From positions 1,582,485-1,646,484 of the forward strand of contig NC_134027.1 in NCBI RefSeq assembly GCF_964204645.1: a stretch of 64,000 nucleotides of DNA, read 5' to 3'. Below the pieces are notes generated by a model. The model saw only the letters and a program-made list of their open reading frames with translations. It ran no database searches and was not told where the DNA came from. This document shows, piece after piece, positions 13,603-26,500 of this stretch. Positions within the stretch are counted from its first letter, which is position 1; every line of letters starts with the position of its first letter. This DNA is from Tubulanus polymorphus. Taxonomy: Eukaryota > Animalia > Nemertea. Made by a program: the position numbers and the translations under genes.

Positions 13603-14568
13603 ACGGTGGCAGCACTAGAGCGAGACAAGAGGCAACGGTAACCGAAATCTCAAAATTGAAGAAACGATCTGAAGACGATTTATCGCATAGACAGCAGCTG
13701 CGAATATTTCTACTTATCTCAGAATAATGAATAGATTATTAAATAATCTTTGTTTATAGAATTTATTCAATCAGCGTTTAATATAGATTTGTTTCCTTTA
13801 TTCTGTATTTATATATATATATATATATATATTTCTATTCAAGTGTGTGATTATTAATAACAAGTCGTGATGAAGCTTTTGCTTTTGTGAATAATATTTA
13901 ATATTAGTCCTGCGTCTATAAGGTGTATAAGTTTTTACTGGTTGTAGTTAGTGAATAAGTCTGTAGCAGTTTGTCAAGCTGCCAATAGCGAGTTTGTTTT
14001 AACTAGGGCTGTGTTTTAGCGAGTTTGTTTAACCAAGTTCAAATACTATTAAAATTATGCAAATATCCGAGTGGGTTTTCATGAATATTGTCAAGGGACC
14101 CTTGAATTAGTGCGTACAATTGTTTTTAGGGGGAGAGATAGGTGAACACATTGTGTACGTAAGTACAAGATTATATAAGAGCCTGAAGTACCCTTCTGAA
14201 AGACAGGGTACATATCAGTGATCAGAAAGTGGAACGACGTTACTATTTGAATGCTCCCCAACCCATAAAATGTGCTCTCAATTTAATATTCAAGTCATGA
14301 AATCCTTTACCAAACTTTTTACGGAAAATAAATTAAGATTAAACATATGAGAAAGTGGTTAATTTCTTTCGATGATTTTTTTTTCGGAGGAAGGACGACA
14401 ATCGTAAATATCGAGGATTCAACAAAAGCAGCCAGCCGATCAGAATGCAGCTCAAGCAACAATATCTTGTGGAGAAAAAGCACATTTTATTCTCTTTCAG
14501 TTATAACTTATTTTTCACTACATTCTTAGAAGAGCAAGCACATAGAGGAATAATCTTGTCATAAATAA

Positions 14569-17500
14569 TCAATTCCCGAGTTTTAATTTGGCAAAATCCC
14601 ACGACAGTTGAATAGCTTCTCCTAACGTATCGGTATTCGTACCGGTAGCTTGCGCCGACATTTCTTTACCACCACCTTTTCCACCAATCAGAGTGCAGAT
14701 ATTCTGTACCCATTCATTGGCTTTCAGTCCTGTTGTTTTTGCTACATCCTGAAACACAACGAATAGTTTATCAAAACTCCGACAGATGGCAGCACAGACA
14801 AGTCTTGAATCTATTGTATGACACTAGTATCAGAATTATCATTGAACAAGTCTCTTTAAAAACTTTATAATTGCCACTTTGAAAACATCAATCTTGTAAA
14901 TGATTCTCAGAACTGTCAGTTGAAAGACTTTTCTTAATAGATCAGTGAGTTGTGGAGTTATCAGTAATACTAGCAACCTAACGTCTTACCCTCAACCCTA
15001 ATCCTTAAGAGAAAATAGCAAAAGGTGACCTCTTTATTTCAGCTTACCCCTCTAACCCTAATCCCTTAAAAACACTAATGCTACACAGAAGAAAGGTGAC
15101 AGCATGAATTTACCTTATGAACAGCACTCATACATAGAATCTTTCCTTCATCTCGGTCGACTGAGAAAAACATAGTAGCAGTTTTAGGTGAAGAGGTAGT
15201 GAATTGTTTCATCGCGGTATTCAATGCTTTCGCGTTTGATCCGGCTTTGAATTCATGAATCACGATCGGTTCGTTCGCTTTAGATTCCGTCATTTTCTTC
15301 GCTTCTTCTAAAACCTTAAAAATCACAAACCATTCATTCATTCATAGATTCTAATGATCGAACATTTTCTACTCTCGAGAAATAGAATACATCTATTCAA
15401 CTCGGAACTGACCTCTGCAGTAATCGCGGCCTTTTTAGCTTTATCAAGATCGTCTAATTTCTTCTTGAGACCTTTCAGTTTGTTTCTCATTTCATCCTTT
15501 CTCCAAGATGGCACGCTCGACTGAGATACTTCCTAAATATTTCAATGAAAACGTTCATAAACAACAGAACTAAAACCACTGAATACATCCAACACTTTAT
15601 AATGAAAAGTAAAGTCTGAAAAATTTCCTTGAGCTGTAGGAGTTTAACTAACAGTTTCACCATTATTCTAATAGTAGTCATCTTCAGGAATGCTGATGAT
15701 CAATATCGTACAACAATTGATATCAAAACAGTATTCCTGAAGCAATGTTGAAATAAAGTTTTCAGCACAAGGATCCTTTCAGACTCTATATTTTATTCTT
15801 AGAGTGGGTTTTCCCATTATCAGAGGTTTTCTTCTGTGTTTATCTGATATACATACATCAGAAAGTTCCGCAATATGTTTGTTGAGCTGTTTCTGAGTAA
15901 ACTGTTGAGTTTTTATTCCCGTTTCAATTTTGGTCTCCAGTTGAAGGTATTCTTTGTCTAACAGATCTGCTTTGTGTAACGCCTAAAACAGTAAAAAATA
16001 ATAGTTGAAACATCGCATGAAAATCAAGAGAATTTTGATTCAAGATTTTAAAGAAATATTTACCTTTTCAGCTTCCTGACCGGTTACTGCTACAATTCTC
16101 CTCACACCTTTAGATATTGCTTCCTCCGATACTATCACAAAGTTACCTAAATGTCCAGCTCTTTTCAAATGTCTTTAGAAATAAAATCAAAACATCTCAA
16201 TTTTGAAAAATAAAAGACTTACACAACTACAGTTAGACAAACTTGCTTGAGTCATCTCATTACTCCTTACTCCTTAAGTCGTGACTATTCCAGAGTTCAA
16301 ATTAAGATTCAGTTTTACCAATTCAATTTACTGAGTGTAAGTCATCAATTGGTTAAGTCATCTGTATGACTGTAGCGACTGATGCAGGATAAACTTACGT
16401 TCCTCCACAGAACTCGATAGATGTCGTATGACCGAGCGGTCCCGTAGGATCACTAGTCAACTGATCTACTGGAATTCCTATAGATACAACTCGTACTGGA
16501 TCCGGATACGTCTGTTAAAATAATCAGAACACATTCAAGCTGTAGTTTATTTCATGTTTCAACTGTATACTAATAGTAATCTTCAGTATTCCAGCAGGTG
16601 CTTATAAGGATATAGTTGAAAACCAGAATAACCTTCTAGATCAAGGGAACATTTTGGAGCATATTTTGCATTCTGAGTGCGAGATTTATATCATCTCTTT
16701 GAATGATAGTATAAAATGTTTGAATCGATATTTCATTTTTCTAATCTGCTGTAATCATGAATGAACAACTGACCTCGTCAAATACAGCTCTCAATCCTTG
16801 AATAGCCTTCGCGTCTGCTAGTGGCGTATTCTTGTCAAAAACTTCTTCATTTTTTGTCGCCATCGTATTCGTTATAGTTTCCGTTTCTTTGATCTGTTTC
16901 GTCGTCATGGCGCCCTAGCAAAAAAAAAAAAAAAACATTTAGCCTCACGAAACCTGAATAAACGAAGGTTTCAATTGCTGAACATACCTTAGCGGTAAAA
17001 TCAAATCGAAGTTTATCAGGAGCGACTAAAGAACCTCTCTGATCGGCTTCACCCAGAACGGATCTCAAAGCGTAGTTTAACATATGCGTTCCTGTATGAT
17101 TATTCATTACACTTCTTCTTCTCGACTGAAATAGAGACATTGAACTGATATTCTCACGCGATGAAACCGTCGAAAATAATTGAACCCTCAACGAACCTGA
17201 TCAATGAATAGTTTCACTTTATCACCGACTTTCAGCTGACCTTCAATATTACCAATATGTAGCACATAACCTCCTCTTACTTGAACATTTTTCACAGTAA
17301 ATTCCACCGCCTGAAATCAATTAAAGAAGTTTTATCTACTTCACAGTCTACACTTTTACATGTTTTCTATGAAATCAATTAAAGAAGTTTAATTTACATC
17401 AAAGTCTTCACTTTTACATGAATCGTTGTTGGTTTCTAGTGACCGTATAATTCAAGTGAATCACACCTGTCAATGGTCTCTAGAGAGAGTCCGAAATGTT

Positions 17501-20500
17501 GTGTGTCTTCTGATTTTAATTTTTGACAAATAAATTGGGTTTTTAATCTTTTTGAAATATCTAACATGGCCTTTTAATTCTCCACTTTTTTTTCTGAATC
17601 ACACAGGTTCATACCTCATCGCCCACTTTCACTATGAATCCTTCGTCGTAAATCTGTCCACCTTGTTCCACGTAGAAACACGTTTTATCCAACAATACAC
17701 CGCATTCTGTTCCCGTGGTTACACTATCTACGAACTGTTTATTGTGGCGTAACATTTTTACCTCACTTTCGCACGATTCAAACACTGCAAGTACACAATA
17801 ACACAATAATAGATCCATCTCACAATAAAACATTCTGACAAACAAAACTTTATCTCATCCCTGATTACATACCATAGTTGCCAGCTTCATCAGCCGTATA
17901 ACTGTATTTAGCAAGATCGTCAGTAGCTGGCAGACCTTTATTCTGTAGATCACTGATCGCGTGTACGTCTAAATTAATCTTATCGTCAACACCGCCACCT
18001 GTAGCCTGTGACCTTAACTACAATAACAAATGATACGATATCACATTTTAGTTACAGTTACCTCAGAGAGTATGATGGTGAATCCGCTTACTGTACCTGA
18101 GTTTATCATTGAGAGAAACTCACAATATCGATATAAACAACTGTTTTTAGTTAGAGTTTATTTGAAACTTTGTACCTGAGCTTCTTTTTTCGCTTCCTCG
18201 TAAGATTGCATATCGATTGTTAACCCTTTCTCTTCTACCATCAACTGCGTTAAATCAACGGGGAATCCGTAAGTATCGTACAGTCTCCACGCTACATCAC
18301 CTGCAATAGAATATAATAACAATAATCTCTTACTCATCATTCACACGGCTGGAAATATATCAAATTCAAATTCAAGATTCTACTTACCGGGTAATGTAGC
18401 TGTATCCCCTAATTTACCGATGGTACGTTCCAACAAACGATGACCTCGCGTCAATGTCTTCAGAAATTGTGCTTCCTCTTCATTGATTATCACTTTAATC
18501 TGAAACAACCACAAACAACAATCATCTCGCGTAAATACATCCTATTTACCGCAGGCTGACCACTTTACACAAATCTCCTGAGTTTTCCTTGACTTTTCGA
18601 TGGGATCAAACACGATCAATAATAACAATGGGATCATTCATTTATTACGTATGCATAAAATTTGAATTTTTCGACCCCCCTCCCCCCCTGTACGCAAAAT
18701 CGGCCATTTTTTCGTATACATTAAGCATTACAGTACACAATTGCACTGACCCCTCCCCCTTCCCTAATGCGTACGTAATAAATGAATGACCCCAATGTGA
18801 TTCTTAAGCTATATTTACCTCATCTGGATCTTTTGTTACTTCCGGGAATGCATCACCCTGAAAAATGATTCATATACGTTTATCTAGATGACTTGTTTAA
18901 TTTTTGTATTGAAAAATTGCGATAAAAAATTGAAAATGAACGAATTTTTGGTCGATTAAATCCAAAAATTAAGACCAAAGTTAATTTGTCATTAACTAAT
19001 TTCGATAAAGTATATCTGATATCTAAAACAGCATGATCTGAATGAATAGCTGATGTGCAAGTTATTTCACAATAATAATTGTTACTTACAAGAGTTTGAA
19101 TAACAACATCGACAAGTGAAGCGAATACACCAGGTTTCGCTCCAAGTTTCTCAGTTCCGTATCGTACTGCACGCCTTAAAATTCTCCTCAATACATATCT
19201 ACAATATAAACACATCATCAAAAAATAATTAATGGTATATATGCATGGTTCATTCCCTGACGCTCTCCCGACCCTTGCCAGAAAATTCTGATTAAATCAT
19301 AAGAATCCTCATTGAGGGCTGTTTCTTCTCAAGAGGTTCCTTGTGTCACCGGCAAGAACAAGATACCAAAAATTCAAATTCCATGATTAAATTATAAGAT
19401 TTCCTCATTGAGGGCTGTTTCTTCTCAAGAGGTTCCTTGTGTCACCAGCAAGAACAAGATACCAAAAATTCGATTTCCATGATTAAATTATAAGATTTCC
19501 TCATTGAGGGCTGTTTCTTCTCAAGAGGTTCCTTGTGTCACCAGCAAGAACAAGACACCAAAAATTCAAATTCCATGATTAAATTATAAGATCTCCTCAT
19601 TGAGGGCTGTTTCTTATTAAGAGGTTCCTTGCGTTACTTGTCACCAGCAAGAACAACAAGACACCAAAAATTCAAATTCCATGATTAAATTATAAGATCT
19701 CCTCATTGAGGGTTGTTTCTTATTAAGAGGTTCCTTGCGTTACTTGTCACCAGCAAGAACAACAAGACACCAAAAATTCAAATTTTCTGACTTTTCTCTG
19801 CTCCGTGAGACCCTGTATATGGTAAGATCTATTTTTTCATACCCTCTGCCCGAATTATCAGGGCGACCTCCGTCAGCCAGCGCTATCACTATAGTTCTCA
19901 CATGATCAGCTAGAACTCTGTAAGCCATATCTACACCGTCGGTATCATCGGTACCAACTTTACCGGTGTAATCACGACATCCTGTAAACTATATATCAAA
20001 AATATTCATTAGAAATAATCGATGCAGTTTTAGTCGAATGACATTGAGTCGAAGATTTGTAAATAATACCTGTTTTATAGCATTGAATATAGGTACAAAG
20101 AAATCGGTGTCGTAATTAGATGTTTTATTCTGTATTACAGACACTAAACGCTCTAATCCCATACCACAATCTACGTGCTTCTTAGGTAACACATTTAAAG
20201 AGCCGTCTGATTCTCTGAAAATGAATTTAAGAAAATAAATCATTCATACATCGTACAAATTTGTGGCCTCGGACCCTTTGTTTACTTCTGGCTCAGACCC
20301 ACAGTTCACTGAACTGACAAATACAACAAACATCCTCAAACTCAGACAAACTGGGATTTGCAAAATTGGTCTGAAGTAAGCCAGTTATTGAGTTGAGGAT
20401 AGGAAAATATATACCCGTAAAGATGTCAGTAAAATGATTTCATTTCTACATAAATTAGTCAAAAGTCCTGCTGTCGACCGTGACCGAGTAATGAGAGGTT

Positions 20501-23500
20501 TACTGTATTAAGAAACTGAAGAATATTAGAATGAAACAGTAACAAACCTGTTAAACTGGATAAACACTAGATTCCATATTTCGAGCACATCAGGATCGTC
20601 CATGTTTACGAGATGACTGGCATCTCTATTACCGATACGATCGTAGTGTATTTCAGTACACGGACCACACGGACCCGTGTCACCCATCTCCCAAAAATTA
20701 TCCTTCATCGAAAATGGCTTTACGCGATCTTCACTCAGACTGAAAATAAAACGGATAGAATTTATTGAGTCTGAAACACTGAAATTTGAAAACATTGGAA
20801 GATAGACAATGACGACACTGAGAGCTTGGTGAAGAAGGGAAAGTTTTTCTACTTTTATTTATTTATTACAGGGGAGAGCGCGAACGCAGTCCCCCACTAC
20901 CAGAAATTATACACCCGAGTCTCCCACATTTGGGGAGATCGCAGGGGTCAACCAAGCCGAAGTGCAATGGCAAGGCCTCGCCCTGGGGGAACCGCCTTAC
21001 AGATCACGGTTAACCCCTGTGCCAGGTAAGTATGCTTGAGCAACGTTCTGCCGTTTAATATATACCGCATAGTATAGTCTCAATATCTAAGTGAACGACA
21101 GAACATTTATTAAAACGGTCGATTTAAATAGATTTCCACACAATATTGAAATATGAACGTTTTAATTTCCGATTAAGCAGAAATTATTCACTATTCCTTC
21201 ATACATCGTTAAATAGAAGTGATTTTTGTAATTTAGATATTTAGAAATTTGTGGGATATTTACTGAATCGAGTGGTTATCTAAATCACCACGTAGCTCAC
21301 TGGTGGCGCTATAATCAGCGGCTATTATCACTAACGAGCCAGCGAGCGAGCACACTGTATGCGCTGAGCCGATCAATAGCATTATCTACACAAACCAACA
21401 TGAATAACCGGCGACTAAGCATTACAATGTACACTACTAACCCGTCCACTAACACATATGTTATAAAGGATATGAATAGAATATTCAGAATATATTTCTG
21501 AGTTCGGGCGAGAAGGGAAAGTTTTCTATTTTTGCGAATGCATGTAAACCAGAGTTTATCAAATTTGAGAAATCCCACAACCCGTCTTAAGTTTTAGACT
21601 CATCATAAGCTAAAAGTTTAGAGTTCAGTTTCTCTCATTGGTTGATATTCTGAAGTTGTCTAAAGAAGTCTAAAGTTTTAGACTCATCATTAGCTAAAAG
21701 TCTAGAGTTCAGTTTCTCTCATTGGTTGATATTCTGAAGTTGTCTAAAGAAGTCTAAAGTTTTAGACTCATCATTAGCTAAAAGTCTTGAGTTCGGTTTC
21801 TCTCGTTGGTTGATATTCTGAAGTTGTCTAAAGAAGTCTAAAGTTTTAGACTCATCATTAGCTAAAAGTCTAGAGTTTAGTTTTCAAAGACTGCCTCTCA
21901 TTTGTTGATATTCTAAAGTTTTCTAAACTTTTCTCCACTTAGGCCAATTACAATCAATGACACGGTTGTCACTAATAACAAAGAATCTACACTTTAGTCT
22001 AGAGTTTTTGTGACATGATTGGATGAAAGTCTAGAGTAGAAACTATGGAATTTTAAAACACCACCACTAAGTGGTTGAAAAATCTACATTTCAGCCAGTT
22101 AAACAGCTTCACACAAAGCAATGAAGATAAACAATAATGGCTGCCTCCATGGGATACATTTTCCTCACATTTTGTTCCCTATTCCGATGCATGTTTCCTT
22201 GCTAATACGAGTGTGTCAAATGAGCTTAATCAGTTGAGTATGAATTTCAAATATCCAGCAATTCCAACAGTGATATAGATTGTCATTAAGAAGTCATTTT
22301 AGCAAATCAACCTTCCAAAAAAAATCCAATACAATATTACTTTTCAATATATATCATACCCAACAAGAGACTGTTCTATATCTTGCTGTACATTTAACTG
22401 CACATATGTATACAAAGCTTTTTTCAGTCAAGTTCCAACCAACTCTGATGAAACATGACCCGCAAGCTATGTGGGAGGCAAAATAAACAAAAAATAAATC
22501 GTATAAGGGTCTGAATAGTTCAACCTCTCTGACAGAGCTCTTCAAAGTCATAGACAGCATTTCACCACCAAGGTCTGTATCTAAATTCATAGCCATTCCT
22601 AGTTTGATATGAAAAATATCATATTAACCCAACATCAGACCATCTATATTTATCTGATTCATTTCATTCTAGCTTAAAATAGTGCACACTCAAGATGTCA
22701 AACTCTTTATAAAAAATAATAACTGCACCAGGTTTTACTGTCACGTTTGGCAAGAATGATGGATTACCATCTATACTATGTGGTTACTTGAAAACAATAC
22801 ATGGTCTATACTAGATAGTGAGTACAGGCTAGGTTCCTGAGGTTCGTCGATATATACTAAATAAATGTCATTCAAAATAATTCTCTCTATTAATCAGAAT
22901 TAAAATAAGTGCAGATCTTCACCTTAAAAAGTAGATGCTATTCTCGAGCATTGGGTGAAAGATTGAGTATAATTTGGGAGTAATAATAGGTAGAGGTGAG
23001 GATTTCTACTTAAGTTTCTTTATTACAGGGGAGAGCGCGAACGCAGTCCCCCACTACCAGAAATTATACACCCGAGTCTCCCACATTTGGGGAGATCGCA
23101 GGGGTCAACCAAGCCGAAGTGCAATGGCAAGGCCTCGCCCTGGGGGAACCGCCTTACAGATCACGGTTAACCCCTGTGCCAGGTAAGTATGCTTGAGCAA
23201 CGTTCTGCCGTTTAATATATACCGCATAGTATAGTCTCAATATCTAAGTGAACGACAGAACATTTATTAAAACGGTCGATTTAAATAGATTTCCACACAA
23301 TACTAAAATACGAAAGTTTAAATTTCCGATTGAGCAGAAATTATTCACTATTCCTTCATACATCGTTAAATAGAAGTGATTTTTATGATTTAGATATTAA
23401 GAAATTTGTGCGATATTTACTGAATCGAGTGGTTATCTAAATCACCACGCTGCTCACTGGTGGCGCTATAATCAGCGGCTATTATCACTAACGAGCCAGC

Positions 23501-26500
23501 GAGCGAGCACAGTGTATGCGCTGAGCCGATCAATAATAATAGCATTATCTACATGAATATAACCGGCCTCACCAAACAATGTCTCTCAAGTCTCAAGTTT
23601 CAATTGTTATATGAAATATCGATGGTCTGGGAATTCTCTAGCCGTCTTAGAGACTGAAACATTCACCTGATGAAGCTTCTATACATTAGTAGCGAAAGCT
23701 TGTGTTAAATAAAATAGTTAATACTACTCCTGGCGTTGTATTCATTCTATGGTTAACACCGATCCTCTCAGAGACGAATAAACAAAAATCCCTCGTACTA
23801 ACCCTAAATTCAACCAGATCTGTTTAGTTTCATCGTCAGGTTCGAGACCGGTTGCTTTATTTCCGCCGAAGTAAGTAACGTAAAGTCGGTCTTTCTGTAA
23901 CTTCAGTCGGTCGGTCAGAAACTCCCACGCCCACTCACAAACTTCTTTCTGAAAAAATTTCACAAATTCGATTTCACAATCTATAATTAATTGGCATCGC
24001 AGTAATAGAGCAGTATCAGCCTGTAGACTCTCAGATGTGCAGACAATAAGATTAGAACCTAAACATAAACAAAAAGCTTAAAAATGAAATTTCATTCTAT
24101 CAAGAATTGATATCACCTGATGAGAGGGCCCAAAATGTTATCTTTAAATACAACTTGATAATTCAATCTCGATGAATGAATTTTCATTTTTAATCTTTCA
24201 AGTTTGTAAAAAGTGAGTTTTAATCTTATTAGAGAAGAGAGAAATTGTATGTAATTTCAGTGAGATAGTAATTTAATTACCTTGAAATAATCACCGAACG
24301 ACCAATTTCCCAACATCTCAAAGAATGTATGATGATAAACATCTTTTCCTACGTCATCCAAATCATTATGTTTACCTCCAGCTCGAATACATTTCTGACT
24401 ATTAAAAACCCTCACATACTTGGACATGTCACTATTGGGGTCGACAGAACCCAGGAAAATAGGCTTGAACTGAAAAAGTAAAATTTCAGTAAATTTTAAA
24501 AGCATTTACAACATTTTCATTGAAATAAACTACAGTTTTTTTTAAAAAGAAATTAAAGATTTTTCCAACACGCAAATGAAATTCTGGAAGCCAGTCAAAA
24601 GTGGTCTCAAGTGGTTTCTGTTTCTCGGAAAGAATTCATCAACTTTTGAGAGTTTCTTATCAATATAACAATTGATTCTAATGACTGTTTTATTTAAAAA
24701 TACACCCCGAGGACTGTGACCTGATCATCCTCTGATAGGCTCCATGCCAATCAAATATTAATAGCTATTCAATAATCTAAACTTTACAAATGATTCTCTT
24801 TGAGTCTATCAAAGGGATCTTCAAACACATATATTTCGCTCCCGGCAGGTGTGGTGGGTTTGTAAGGGAGACTCAATCAAAAAAATTCAAAAATGAAATT
24901 TACCAATCAAATAAATAACAATCCCTATTTTAAGATTTAAAAAAAAGACACATCTATCATTGTAATAAACTTCTTTTTAACAATAATTGCCCCTAAGTAA
25001 CTCATGTTAAGTTTTACCTCTTGCTTATATCACATCTTATTAGATAGAAAATGACTATTAGGATAAATTCATTATTGAACAAATCATCAGCTCTAGGAAA
25101 CATTACGGACTCTTCCTAATTCTTAGTGTGGGATTTTATATCAACTTTTTTTTCAGTTGTTTCTTTTAAAAACTCATGGCAAACTGCCAACATTTTGAAA
25201 ATGGATAGTTCGGGTTTTCAACTGATCATTGAGGGGTATCGAAACCTACTCGTAACTGACATTTAAACGTGACCAAAAATAGATCGTAATCAGTAATCGA
25301 TCGCTATTATTGACCATGAATTATTATCCGCTGAAAATTTGCCAAGCAATTAATCTGCCAAACGTTATTTAATAACAATAAACAGAACAAAGGTTGCAAC
25401 AAGACACAATGATCTTCAATTCATTTCATGTTATATACACGTTAACAATAAGATGGGTAACATGCGTTGTAAGTTTACCCGAAGGTGACGAATGAGATAC
25501 AGTCAAAACAATCTGTGATTTACTTAAGGAAATATATCAGGATAAAGTCAAAACACTGAATGAACAACTGGCACAAGGAAACATATTAGACTCATTTTTC
25601 CTCTCTCTATTATGAGATGTTAAAATCATGGGTAACAATCATTGCTCGTGTAGTAACAATGGTAGACGAGGTTCAAACGTGACGGAAATTAGTAAACATC
25701 GTAATAACGATGAACTGAATTATCAAGTAAAGGGATTTACGGCGTCTGATATGATGAAACCGGTCAGACGTGTTAGTATAGTGCGTCATGTGACGTGTGG
25801 ATACGGGTGTGCGGCCGATTGTATGGCGCACCGAGCAATCCTAGCCGAACTCCACACCGATAAAGATGGCGCCACCGTCGAAAACGCTCTCATTCATAAA
25901 GTCGTCGATTACGATCGCGACGAAACGTTTACGGAAATACGCAACGTAACATTAGACGGCGGATTCAGCGGCGGACTTAAAAACTACGAGTTGGAGAAGT
26001 CAATGACAGACGCCGTATCAGATGTAACGATAAACAACCTGATCATAGCATCGGGTCCAAATTATCAATTAATCTGGAATAACTGTATCCACGCTACCAA
26101 ACGCATGTGGAAAGAAGCGACGGAAAATGGATTCGACGTTAATGATTGGGTTATTATCTGTTCCACTGATACTAGATAATCAATCATTTGTTCGACTAAA
26201 AATAAAAAATTGTTTTTGCTGATGAACGATTAATTAGTCGTATTCCAGTAACTGAACGGTCACGGTGCAAACTACTAAATGCTGTACGAGCTAAACATTG
26301 TAAATGTATGTAAATATAGACTTTTTTAAATTCATCCTAAAATCATTGTTTGTTTATCTTATTTCCTGCCTGTAGTTTATTGACACAGTTCACATACGAT
26401 AAGATGATAGGAAAAAACTATCTTGTCTTTACGATGCTGAGAAGATTATCAAGGAACCCGGAGAGTAAATTCTTAGAAATGATGAAACGAATTGTTTGGT

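Noticed and set aside
22080-22800. Possibly decayed coding or transposon fragment between the U1 genes
   Set aside because: Interrupted by stops with no recognisable motif; cannot be supported without BLASTX.
20826-23186. Duplicate ORFs ...[18 protein letters not shown]... (20826-21029, 22974-23186)
   Set aside because: Antisense translations of the U1 snRNA genes.
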